From: Paecilomyces variotii
Taxonomy: Eukaryota
Direction: 5' to 3' (one strand)
DNA length: 64,000 nt
Assembly: GCA_004022145.1 (NCBI GenBank)
Contig: RCNU01000002.1
Below, in pieces: positions 1 to 10,009 of this stretch. Below the pieces are notes generated by a model. The model saw only the letters and a list, made by a program, of their open reading frames with translations, searched no databases and was not told where the DNA came from. Position numbers and translations under genes: made by a program. The number at the start of each line of letters is the position of its first letter. The first letter of the stretch is position 1.

Positions 1-10
1 GAACTTGATG

Positions 11-56
11 CGCGAAAACGCGGTCCGACGCGTGTTTTCCCCCTTTGTTTTCGCGT
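11..56. promoter_or_regulatory. Cluster of MCB/SCB-like G1/S elements upstream of cdt1
   Basis: CGCGAAA (11-17), ACGCG (18-22), ACGCGT (28-33) and TTTCGCGT (49-56) within 50 bp, upstream of a replication-licensing gene. Confidence 0.6.
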
Positions 57-358
57 CGATCGAGCTCGAGATCTTCTTCGCCAAAACGGGGGGAAAAAAG
101 CTGAGGGTCGAGGCTGAAAGGCTAGACTAGCAAAAAAAAGCACGAGCCCTCCCCTCTGTCTCTGTCTCTTTCTGTGACAACGTCAACAGATCTCTTTCCT
201 GATAAAACTCATTGGGGGGTTCATGTTTCCTATTCTATGAACATTGTGTGTCGTTGTTGGCTTTTTTTTTTCGTCTTTTACTTTAGGAAAGTATAAGTTA
301 CTCTTATACCATACTCTACTTCTTTTTTAAAAAGATAATAGACAAGAGGGCAGGTACA

Positions 359-1924
359 ATGCCTCGTGCCTCGACGACCGCCATGACGACGCGACGAACC
401 AGTCTGCGATCCACCAGGCCAGGACAACAACCGGGCATTCAGACCTTCGCAAGAGCAACCAAGCCCGGAACCAGGACGTCGATAGGCCCTGCCGACGAGA
501 AGAAGAAGTCTCAGTTTCAGCAGACACAGACACCGCTGCTTCCGTCGTCTCCGTCGAAGAAGCGCAAATTGAACGAGATCGGGCAGGTGGAATGTGTGTC
601 TGAAGAGAAGAAGGAGGAGGAGGGGGTCGCGAGGGACGTGACGGCCACGCCGTCGAAGACGTTGCGGTTTAGTGAATTGGCTCTTTCGACGCCTAGGAGG
701 ACAAAGTCGGCTCCTCCACGGCCTCTTAGGAGGAGGACGGAAGCCTCGCGGGAGGAGTCGCCGTCACGGACCCCTAGTGTTGAGGAGGAGGAAGAGTCTT
801 CGTCGTCGTCGGCGGTAGAGGAGGCTGACTCGAGGCCTACGTCGCCTGAGGAGGAAGAGTCGCTTGTTAAGGAGCAAACGTCGCCAATTGCTCGACCGGC
901 GTGCTTTGACGATCTGTTGAATCTGCACTCGTGCTTCCTGTCCGCTTTATCACTACATTATGCACATAACGGCGCGTCCACACCGGCTGATTTGAAAGAG
1001 TTTTTGCCCAGCGTGCAGAAGATCTGGAAGAAGCGCAAAGTCGTCACAAAGGACTTGCAGCGGTTAGTTCAGATCTGGGACGAGGAGGGTCCTTCGTCTG
1101 CAGGCGTACGGTTTCGCATCGCCAACTACGGTCTGGGGAAAGTGTGTCTGGAAATTGTGGCTGCGACGGGACAAACCACGCGGCCGCTGGATGAGAATGA
1201 ACTGCAATGGCAGTTCGAGCGCAGGCTGGACTGGGTGTGGAAGAGATTGGTGGACTCGGTGCCGGATCTGAAAGGGAAGGATCAGGTGGAACTGTTGGAC
1301 TTGTTGGATCTGGCTCCTATTCATGAGTCGCTTACCGCGTTCACGTCCTTCCGCAAGGGACAGCAGCGGTTACAGGATCTTAGGGGAGGTGTTATCCGCG
1401 TGAAGACGGCCATGATGAAAGCAAAGATGCAGGTTGATGACTCGACGCCCAAACCACCTGTCGTGGCCGCGACGGCCCGTCGAAAGGGGCTTCTGGATCG
1501 GATCAAGAACAAAGAGCTCAGGCAGTCGAAGCTGCCGCCGCCTCCTTCGAAGGAGATGCTTCTCCGGCGGTCTGCGGCTGAACGTGTCGAGGAGGTGGCC
1601 AGAGTCCTGATGGTCCTTAGACCGAGTGGTGTTGTGGGCACGGGACCCTGGGCTATTGCTGCGTCTCAGAGGAAGCCGTATAGCTTAGGTGCCGTGGTGC
1701 GGAATGTGCAGGATTCAGTCCGCAGTCCGATCTCGGACAAGGAGGTAGAGATCTGTTTGGATATTTTGACTCGAAAGGATATTGCCGGAGACTGGGTGAA
1801 ACTGGTCACCGTTAATGATCTGCGATCCGTGGTGCTGGGATCCGGTCGAGGGATCTCGCCTTCAGATATCGGTACGAAAGTCAGTGCTCTGAAGATTGGG
1901 TGGGAGGATCCCACCCTGTACTGA
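359..1924 (+). CDS. cdt1: DNA replication licensing factor Cdt1
   Basis: 521-aa ORF. N-terminal PIP-like QPGIQTFAR, low-complexity S/E/P region, conserved LHSCFLSALSLHYAHNG and FRIANYGLGKVCLE, C-terminal ARRKGLLDRIKNK...SPISDKEVEICLDIL (Cdt1 C domain). Confidence 0.8.
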   Translation: MPRASTTAMTTRRTSLRSTRPGQQPGIQTFARATKPGTRTSIGPADEKKKSQFQQTQTPLLPSSPSKKRKLNEIGQVECVSEEKKEEEGVARDVTATPSKTLRFSELALSTPRRTKSAPPRPLRRRTEASREESPSRTPSVEEEEESSSSSAVEEADSRPTSPEEEESLVKEQTSPIARPACFDDLLNLHSCFLSALSLHYAHNGASTPADLKEFLPSVQKIWKKRKVVTKDLQRLVQIWDEEGPSSAGVRFRIANYGLGKVCLEIVAATGQTTRPLDENELQWQFERRLDWVWKRLVDSVPDLKGKDQVELLDLLDLAPIHESLTAFTSFRKGQQRLQDLRGGVIRVKTAMMKAKMQVDDSTPKPPVVAATARRKGLLDRIKNKELRQSKLPPPPSKEMLLRRSAAERVEEVARVLMVLRPSGVVGTGPWAIAASQRKPYSLGAVVRNVQDSVRSPISDKEVEICLDILTRKDIAGDWVKLVTVNDLRSVVLGSGRGISPSDIGTKVSALKIGWEDPTLY

Positions 1925-2233
1925 GTATTTTTCTTCTCTTATTATTTCGTACTCGACGGATACCAGAGCGAAGGCGTACGGTTTTTGCATTGTTTACGGA
2001 GTTTTGGATGCATTTGGAAAGCAATGAGATAGATGGGACGCTACGTTCTCTACGGCCTCATTCTGTATTTCTTGTATGTGTTACAGTGCAAGTGGCCTGT
2101 GTCTGCCGCATTAGATAGCATACTATGAATCATTATAATAACACTAATTAGCCAGAACTGTGGTGTTGTTGATATCTTGGTATAGTAAATATAGTCAATA
2201 AAAATAACAACCCATCAAACCACTTAAGAGGCT

Positions 2234-2280
2234 GCGGCGCGAGACGCGTTTTCACGTGACCGTGTCGGAGCGGCGCGTCG
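2234..2280. promoter_or_regulatory. MCB-like elements plus E-box upstream of msh2
   Basis: ACGCGT at 2244-2249, further CGCG boxes and TCACGTGAC at about 2252-2260. Confidence 0.55.
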
Positions 2281-2407
2281 CTTCTCATGGCCGATAAGTC
2301 GATTCATTATTATTATCGAACTGTCAGTTTGCCAGTTTCCACCAGACTTGCCTCGAAGGACAGATTGTGGTACTCAGCACGATCTTGTTCATACGACTCC
2401 CGGCAAG

Positions 2408-5320
2408 ATGTCTTCACGGCCGGATCTCAAGGTATGGAAATCTTCTCCAACATCAAATGTCCAGCTCTCTTGCGAGTCTAACCATCTGCTTTGGTACAAT
2501 ACACAGGTCGACGACGAAGTCGGTTTCATCCGCTTCTTCCGTTCCCTCCCCCAAAAGGACAGCGATGATACGATTCGAGTCTTCGACCGCGGTGACTGGT
2601 ACACGGCCCACGGGGCCGAGGCCGAGTTCATCGCACGCACCGTTTACAAGACGACCTCTGTGCTCCGTACGCTTGGCCGCAGCGACTCTTGCGGTCTACC
2701 CTCCGTTACTATGAGCGTGACTGTCTTCCGGAACTTTCTACGCGAGGCGCTCTTTCGACTGAGCAAGCGTGTGGAAATCTGGGTTTCCGCGGGCTCGGGT
2801 AAGGGACAATGGAAGCTGGCGAAGCAGGCTAGTCCTGGTAATCTGCAGGACGTGGAGGAGGAACTGGGCGGATCGGGTGGCATGGCGATGGATTCGGCGC
2901 CTATTATATTAGCAGTCAAGGTATCGGCGCGGGCGTCGGAGGCGCGAAATGTCGGAGTGTGTTTTGCAGATGCGAGCGTGCGAGAGTTGGGTGTTAGCGA
3001 GTTCCTGGATAATGATATCTATTCGAACTTTGAGTCGCTGGTGATTCAGCTCGGTGTGAAGGAGTGCTTGATCCAGGCGGATGGTGCGAAGAAGGATGTC
3101 GAGTTGGGTAAGCTACGTGCTATTCTGGATAGTTGTGGCATTGCTATCAGTGAGAGACCGGTGGCGGACTTTGGCACTAGAGACATCGAGCAGGATTTGA
3201 CGAGGTTGTTGAGAGATGAACGGTCTGCTGGTACGTTGCCGCAGACGGAGCTGAAGCTGGCTATGGGTTCGGCGGCCGCTTTGATCAAGTATCTTGGTGT
3301 GATGTCTGATTCTACGAATTTCGGCCAGTATCAGCTCTACCAGCATGATCTGTCGCAGTATATGAAGCTCGATGCGTCCGCTCTGAGGGCGCTCAATCTC
3401 ATGCCCGGTCCGCGGGACGGATCGAAGAACATGAGTTTGTACGGATTACTTAACCATTGCAAAACGCCTGTGGGGAGTCGGTTGCTTGCGCAGTGGCTGA
3501 AGCAGCCGCTTATGGATCTCAATGAGATCGAGAAGAGACAGCAGCTGGTGGAAGCTTTCGTCAACGACACGGAGCTACGACAGACGATGCAGGAGGAGCA
3601 CCTACGCTCGATTCCTGATCTCTACCGACTTGCCAAGCGCTTTCAGCGCAACCAGGCGAATTTGGAAGATGTGGTGCGTGTGTATCAGGTCGTGATCCGC
3701 CTGCCGGGCTTTGTCAACACCCTTGAGAATGTCATGGATGAACAATACCAGACTCCGCTGGAGACGGAGTATACGTCGAAGCTGCGACAGTTCTCTGACA
3801 GCATGAGCAAGCTTGAGGAGATGGTCGAAACCACTGTCGATCTGGATGCGTTGGAGAACCATGAGTTTATCATCAAGCCCGAGTTTGATGACAGCCTCCG
3901 CATTATCAGAAAGAAACTGGACAAGGTCCGGTATGACATGGATGTGGAGCACCGGCGCGTAGGCAAGGACCTCGGCCAGGAGGTCGACAAGAAGCTGTTC
4001 TTGGAGAACCATCGTGTGCATGGATGGTGCTTCAGACTGACCCGCACGGAGGCGGGCTGCATTCGACACAAGAGGGAGTATCAAGAATGTTCAACACAGA
4101 AGAACGGCGTCTACTTCACCACTTCCACTATGCAAGCTTTACGACGGGAGCACGATCAGCTCTCGTCCAATTACAACCGGACTCAGGCTGGCCTCGTGCA
4201 CGAGGTTGTCGGTGTTGCAGCGTCATACTGCCCTGTTCTCGAGCGGCTGGCCGGTGTTCTGGCGCACCTCGATGTCATTGTCAGCTTTGCGCATGTCTCT
4301 GTCCATGCTCCCACGCCGTATACTCGTCCTAAGATGCATCCTCGTGGCACGGGCAACACGGTTCTCAAGGAGGCACGTCATCCCTGTATGGAGATGCAAG
4401 ATGACATCTCTTTCATCACCAATGATGTGTCTCTCGTTCGCGATGAGTCGTCTTTCCTTATCATCACCGGTCCCAACATGGGCGGTAAATCCACCTATAT
4501 TCGACAGATAGGTGTTATCGCGCTCATGGCTCAGACGGGATGCTTCGTTCCTTGCTCGGAGGCCGAGCTAACCATCTTCGACTGCATCCTCGCCCGCGTT
4601 GGTGCCAGTGACTCTCAGCTCAAGGGCGTCTCGACCTTCATGGCTGAAATGCTCGAGACAGCTAACATCCTCAAGTCTGCTACGTCCGAATCGCTGATCA
4701 TCATCGATGAGCTGGGCCGTGGCACGAGTACCTACGATGGCTTTGGTCTCGCCTGGGCTATTTCTGAGCATATTGTCACCGAGATCCGCTGTTTCGGTCT
4801 GTTCGCAACGCACTTTCACGAACTCACCGCACTCGCGGATCGTTATCCCAAATCAGTCAAGAACCTGCACGTCGTCGCATTCATCGGCGATGACGCAGAC
4901 GGCGAGAATGCAGATGAGCAAAAGCCGAAGAAGAAAAAGCGCGAAGTCACTCTTCTATACCGAGTTGAACCTGGCGTCTGCGATCAATCATTCGGTATCC
5001 ACGTTGCCGAACTGGTTCGCTTTCCTGAAAAGGTCGTTAACATGGCACGTCAGAAGGCCGAAGAGCTGGAAGACTTCACCTCCGCCACTGCAGATAAGCC
5101 AGAGGCACAGCCTGCTAAGAGCCTCGATGGCTACTCCCAGGAAGAACTGGAGGAGGGCAGTGCGTTGCTGAAGGCGATGCTCTTGAAATGGAAGGAGGAG
5201 GTCGAAGCGCCTGGAAAGAATCTCAGCGTTGAGGAGAAGCGGCAGGTCATGAGGGACTTGGTTAATGCTGATGAGAAATTGCGCTCGAATAAGGTCTTTC
5301 AGGGTATTAAGGCGTTGTAA
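2408..5320 (+). CDS. msh2: DNA mismatch repair protein Msh2 (exons 2408-2431, 2507-5320)
   Basis: MSSRPDLK|VDDEVGFIRFF start, FDRGDWY, Walker A TGPNMGGKSTYIRQ, STFMAEM, IIDELGRGTSTYDG, ATHFHEL. Intron GTATGG..CTAAC..CAG at 2432-2506. Confidence 0.97.
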   Translation: MSSRPDLKVWKSSPTSNVQLSCESNHLLWYNTQVDDEVGFIRFFRSLPQKDSDDTIRVFDRGDWYTAHGAEAEFIARTVYKTTSVLRTLGRSDSCGLPSVTMSVTVFRNFLREALFRLSKRVEIWVSAGSGKGQWKLAKQASPGNLQDVEEELGGSGGMAMDSAPIILAVKVSARASEARNVGVCFADASVRELGVSEFLDNDIYSNFESLVIQLGVKECLIQADGAKKDVELGKLRAILDSCGIAISERPVADFGTRDIEQDLTRLLRDERSAGTLPQTELKLAMGSAAALIKYLGVMSDSTNFGQYQLYQHDLSQYMKLDASALRALNLMPGPRDGSKNMSLYGLLNHCKTPVGSRLLAQWLKQPLMDLNEIEKRQQLVEAFVNDTELRQTMQEEHLRSIPDLYRLAKRFQRNQANLEDVVRVYQVVIRLPGFVNTLENVMDEQYQTPLETEYTSKLRQFSDSMSKLEEMVETTVDLDALENHEFIIKPEFDDSLRIIRKKLDKVRYDMDVEHRRVGKDLGQEVDKKLFLENHRVHGWCFRLTRTEAGCIRHKREYQECSTQKNGVYFTTSTMQALRREHDQLSSNYNRTQAGLVHEVVGVAASYCPVLERLAGVLAHLDVIVSFAHVSVHAPTPYTRPKMHPRGTGNTVLKEARHPCMEMQDDISFITNDVSLVRDESSFLIITGPNMGGKSTYIRQIGVIALMAQTGCFVPCSEAELTIFDCILARVGASDSQLKGVSTFMAEMLETANILKSATSESLIIIDELGRGTSTYDGFGLAWAISEHIVTEIRCFGLFATHFHELTALADRYPKSVKNLHVVAFIGDDADGENADEQKPKKKKREVTLLYRVEPGVCDQSFGIHVAELVRFPEKVVNMARQKAEELEDFTSATADKPEAQPAKSLDGYSQEELEEGSALLKAMLLKWKEEVEAPGKNLSVEEKRQVMRDLVNADEKLRSNKVFQGIKAL

Positions 5321-5924
5321 GTAGGATAATGTAAGGTACGGATTTCTGTTTGTTAAATTGTTTTTTTCTCGGGATATAATGGTGTTCGGAGAGGATTTTA
5401 TGGTTATAGGTAGTTAGTTAGTTTATGGACTATAAAGGGCATGGCATGAATACTGTATGTCTGTGATTGTTTAGGAATCGTAACGCTTTCTATATTTGTC
5501 CTTTCTTCTACTTGTACATCTTATCCCTCAGCAAACAGAAAGGGGACGTTCTTATTTAGGAAGTCAGGCTAAGTTAATACATACTTTCTATTCGGCAGTA
5601 GGTGAACAACGCCGAGAGTAATAAATGATACATTATCCACAAAATCTAGTAACTAGTTTTATATCTAACGGTAACTCTAATAGGAATCTCCACTTCATAA
5701 AAGATAGCGGCTGAAAGTACGGATGACTAGAGTGCTAGACTATTTCAGAAAATCTTGATGATCCCGCTAGGAAACCTCGTCCCACCTGCACTTAGCGGTA
5801 TCCGTGTATTGTGTTACATGGTCTAAGTACTATATTACTGCGACTTGCAGTCCACAGGCCTCTCTACCTTGCTCCCACTCACTACTCACTCCCCGCATCT
5901 CATTGCCATTAAGTTAAACCCACC

Positions 5925-7616
5925 ATGGAAGACCTGCTGCCACTGGACACAGAACCAACAACCGGATATGACGCAGAAGATTGCCAGGCCGCTGTTCAGG
6001 GGTCTCGAATTCCAAGGACACTCGACGACGAGGTCCATCGACTATGCACGATTCGCGGCATACGGCATCATTATGGCTTCGCCCAGGAGCTCCGTGGAGT
6101 CAGCCCAGAGTTCACACGCGCTTTGAATGCCCGGGATATTATGAGCGGTGTTATACCGACCATGTCGACGCCTGATGAGGTGCCGTACTGTATTTGGTAT
6201 CCGGATGTTCCCAAGGAGGAGACTCTTCGAGCTTTGGTGCAGCGATACCCCGATATGCTTTATCATGCTGCTCGGGCCTGTGCTGTTGCGGGATATATTG
6301 ATCTGTACAAGGAGCTTGATCCTCTTCCGGAGGTCCATGTGGCGGAAGAGGCTGGCTATGCGAGCATGCAGAACGGCAACAACGGCAGTCAACAGATCTA
6401 TCGGCATATTATGTCTCAGCCTTTAAAGTTCGAGATTATGAACGACTATACACGTACGGTCGATATCGCCGGCCGTCGAGTTGCATCTCTGAATGGGGAT
6501 ACTGCTGTTTACTCGAGTCTTACTGCCAGGACGAAGTACTATGGTCACCGGGAGATCAAAGCGAACGCCATGCCATGGAACGTACATTGCATGGGACCCC
6601 CGTCCTTCAATATCACCGAAGACTGGGGCATAGATGACCATGACAGCAAAGCCCCTGAGGCACCAGAGGATTATCTCCCGCTGGTGTATAACCCACTCCC
6701 TGCAGATCTCCCGCTCATCAACAAGGACAAACTCATTCATGTCGCTGCATACAATGGCGAAATCGATCGCTACGCACGACTTCGACGGCCGCAGATGCTC
6801 GAACATGAATGGGCCATGGTGGTACACGGCATCTACCACAATCCAATCTTCGCCAAATGGTGGAGTACACAGCTCCCTGAGCACCCGCAAGATAGACATG
6901 AGATCAACATTAGGCGCGCGATCAATGCCCGGCGCATCATGTCCGACGACCTGACTTGGCTCACTGCGGATACTCCTGGGAAACTACTGCCGGAGCTTAT
7001 CTGGTATCCAAATGTCGCTTACTTGACGACCTATGAGAAGCTCGCCCACAGGAGACCAGACATGTTTGAACTATGTCTACGGGCCTGCATAGTTGCGAAC
7101 TATCCATGGACGTGGGATGCTTTGCTGCGCGCTGCGCCTGAAATCTTCAAGGACAAGCTCCCCCGCCACTCCAGCGAGCCCCAGCCCGAGGGTGAGGAGG
7201 ATTCTAAGCTGTGGTGGCTGTCGAAACATGCTCGCTACGGGCTGTGGAGTGAAGCTGCCGCCTCATCAAACAAACATTTCCAAAACGACATTTTAGCAGC
7301 CGTGCCTGACGCCGCTGAGAAATTCAAAACCCCGCACCCTGGCAGCGACTGGTGGGGGGACTACTACGTTGCGAAAGGTCTTTACCTCCCAAAGCGGTCC
7401 CCGATTGTCCGGCTCCATGACCCTGTTCAACCGGGAGCGCGTGATGAAGGTCCATACGATGGGATGTATTGTGACATTGGCGATGTCGACATTGCTTTGT
7501 TTCTCAGCGATGCCGTCTCGAAAGAGACCTGGAAGAGGGAAATTATAGATGAGGGATACTCGACGGCCTGTCTCGAGGAAGTTTGGGACTTGTTAGAGAT
7601 GGAACAAGCTAAATAG
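5925..7616 (+). CDS. Uncharacterised fungal protein with duplicated 'RA(L/I)NARxIMS...PxxIWYP...RAC' module; candidate toxin immunity protein
   Basis: Intact intronless 563-aa ORF with no signal peptide. Two homologous modules visible by eye. The immunity role is inferred from context only. Confidence 0.75.
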   Translation: MEDLLPLDTEPTTGYDAEDCQAAVQGSRIPRTLDDEVHRLCTIRGIRHHYGFAQELRGVSPEFTRALNARDIMSGVIPTMSTPDEVPYCIWYPDVPKEETLRALVQRYPDMLYHAARACAVAGYIDLYKELDPLPEVHVAEEAGYASMQNGNNGSQQIYRHIMSQPLKFEIMNDYTRTVDIAGRRVASLNGDTAVYSSLTARTKYYGHREIKANAMPWNVHCMGPPSFNITEDWGIDDHDSKAPEAPEDYLPLVYNPLPADLPLINKDKLIHVAAYNGEIDRYARLRRPQMLEHEWAMVVHGIYHNPIFAKWWSTQLPEHPQDRHEINIRRAINARRIMSDDLTWLTADTPGKLLPELIWYPNVAYLTTYEKLAHRRPDMFELCLRACIVANYPWTWDALLRAAPEIFKDKLPRHSSEPQPEGEEDSKLWWLSKHARYGLWSEAAASSNKHFQNDILAAVPDAAEKFKTPHPGSDWWGDYYVAKGLYLPKRSPIVRLHDPVQPGARDEGPYDGMYCDIGDVDIALFLSDAVSKETWKREIIDEGYSTACLEEVWDLLEMEQAK

Positions 7617-7726
7617 TTGCTCTATCGGGAAATTTCAACCTCAAAAATCGTTTTTCAACAAGTTGATATCTAATGTACATACACTACATCCAGAGCCTCC
7701 AATGTACATACAGATCTCTCCCTCCC

Positions 7727-8693
7727 TCACGCTGAACAACCGGCGATTTTCGCCTTTGCATCTTTCGCTGCCTGGATGTTCAACACGTGGGTTCTCTCCC
7801 TATCATGCCAAGGCTGAAGGAAATCCTTTTTCAATTTCATCGGGCCCCTACCAGCCGCTGCTTCTGCGGCGTTGACCGAGTTCTGCGCAGCCTCCAGATC
7901 GCACGTCGGCCATCCCCCAACGCCTCCGTCAGGAATCGCCATTCTCTCCTTAACCAGTCCCTCATCCACAAGAGGGGCGTCCTTCTCAATCTCCCCGTTC
8001 TTATTTTTTGGCTGCTTGTCCCAAACCTCTCGATCGTATTGCTTCCGAATCTCGGCTCCTACATCTCGGGCCCCGTTGGCCTTTCGTCCGAACTCGACTC
8101 GACTTCGGGCCTTTTCAGCTAGATCGAACAATTCTTGATCCGGCTTGCCATTTTCCGCTTCCAACCAGCCTTTTTGCTCAATGAATCTGTTGTCCGCAGT
8201 CAGTTATTCCGGAGTTCGAGTTTACCCTTTTTCCACTGGCTCAGAATGGCAAGGAAACTCACGCAGCAACATTCCCAATAACCTTATCAATCCCCGAATT
8301 CGAACTCAGACCCTGATAGATGTGCCCGGGGTTATAAGTCCTCCCAACCCCAGCCTTATACATCTTCGAGGCAACTTCATCGAGAGCCGTCTTGTCCTTG
8401 GCTAGGTCCGCATCCGTGAGCTTATTCTTGTCCGCGATGATTTCCTTCTCATCCTCGTCATCCGTAATGTAATAGAGGAATTGACGCAGGTTGCACCGTC
8501 CTCCCCTGATGGGACCGACTGCCTGAGCGGTTGTGGGATCTCGAGAGCAGGCATTTGCGATCCTTTGCTTCTTGGATCCGCTGTCCATTTGGTACGCTTG
8601 CCAGTATAAGAGGCGCTCGTAGCAGCCGTAGAGACCGAAAGCGGCTACTTTCGATATACAGATAGCAAGTAGGAAGAAAAGAGGGAGCTTCAT
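7727..8693 (-). CDS. Secreted 296-aa protein, putative zymocin gamma/PaT-like anticodon nuclease toxin subunit (exons 8693-8263, 8186-7727)
   Basis: Signal peptide MKLPLFFLLAICISKVAA. Intron GTGAGT..CTGAC..CAG at 8262-8187 joins ORFs 8259..8723 and 7727..8164 in frame (891 nt). Mature Glu8, His 20 aa from the C-terminus, terminal GCSA; divergent from a killer-type chitinase. Confidence 0.7.
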
Positions 8694-10009
8694 TGTGGTG
8701 ACAAGAAAGATAGGACAAGACACACCCTGGAGTGAATGAAAAGGGATGCAAAATAATAATAATAAGTAGAAGAGCTCCAGCTCAAGCCATCAGGTATTCA
8801 CGGGAGGGAACATGGTCCATCGGTACTGTATGTACATTTTTTATTCTTCTTGTAACCCTCATTACCACTTAGCATGTATTGTATATACACTATCCCTTTT
8901 ACTAGTTACCTAGGAGTAAGTCAGCCGTCTCGCGTATTCTGTTTCTGGAATATGGACCCCAACTGAATTAGGTAACTACCATATGAGGTTCCTCGGAAAT
9001 GAGATCTTGGCTGTTTCGAACGGACGGTCGGAGTCAATTGTGCCAAGATACTCTATTATATAGTAAGATTTCATCTTTAGTCTTGCGACTTACAGGGTCG
9101 CGGGTGGGCTCTTAAGTTCTTTGGGGGCGGCCCCCACGTAGCAATACTAGTAAACTAGTATATCTAAGATGATGGATCAGGAACCAGATCAGGAACCAGC
9201 ATCGGAGAAAAGGAATAGGAATGGGCTAAGTAGAATTTTTCAGGTTCCTGGATGGAGTATAGAAAGTTTAACGGTAGTAGTGTGATAATACCAACAATAA
9301 TGGCATTATATAGATGGTATAACTACTCCTTGATGGGAGAAGGTGCTGAGGTGAGGTGAGATGAGGTTAGGTACTTAAGTAGTGCTCAATTAAATTCATA
9401 ATATATAACTATAACGCACCAAATGGGACCTGCCCTATTCACCATCAACAGCATATGGTGAAAATACTCAGTAGTCCGTATTCCATAACTAGTATTCACT
9501 TACCTACTTACCTACCCAGTTAGAGTCAAGTGGAGGCGCATAACAAGCTAATGCTAAGCGAAGTGCTAATATTCAGGAACAGGAACATAGCTGAGCCTCG
9601 ATTGAAAGGTTCTTCTTCCGAAATTAATGTGGATTAAACGCTACTTTTGGGAGGAATTTGGAATTAGACGCATATTCCGTAAAGTGAACGTAGTGTGCTC
9701 CGAGTGGTCCCTGGAATTTTACCGTACTAGTATAGTATATGGTATCTAGTTATTACGGTGCCAAAGCACATATCAAGGCTGATTTTCCTGGTTCTAGGTA
9801 TCACCTGGGAATTAAGATCAAGATCTCCTTTCTTTCGTTCTTTCCTTTCAAGAGCTCTTATACGCTCTATTCGATCATTCAGGTTTCCTTTCTTTTTTAG
9901 ACTTTCTGTTTTCATGTTCTGCTTCTTATACCTTCACATTCATTTCCCCATGTCAAAACCCTCCAACAGTGCATAGGTACATGTGTTAAAACCCATTTCC
10001 AAAGTCAAA

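Noticed and set aside
2348-2407. ORF-track N-terminal extension of Msh2 (TTG start)
   Set aside because: Non-ATG start; the conserved protein begins MSSRPDLK at 2408.
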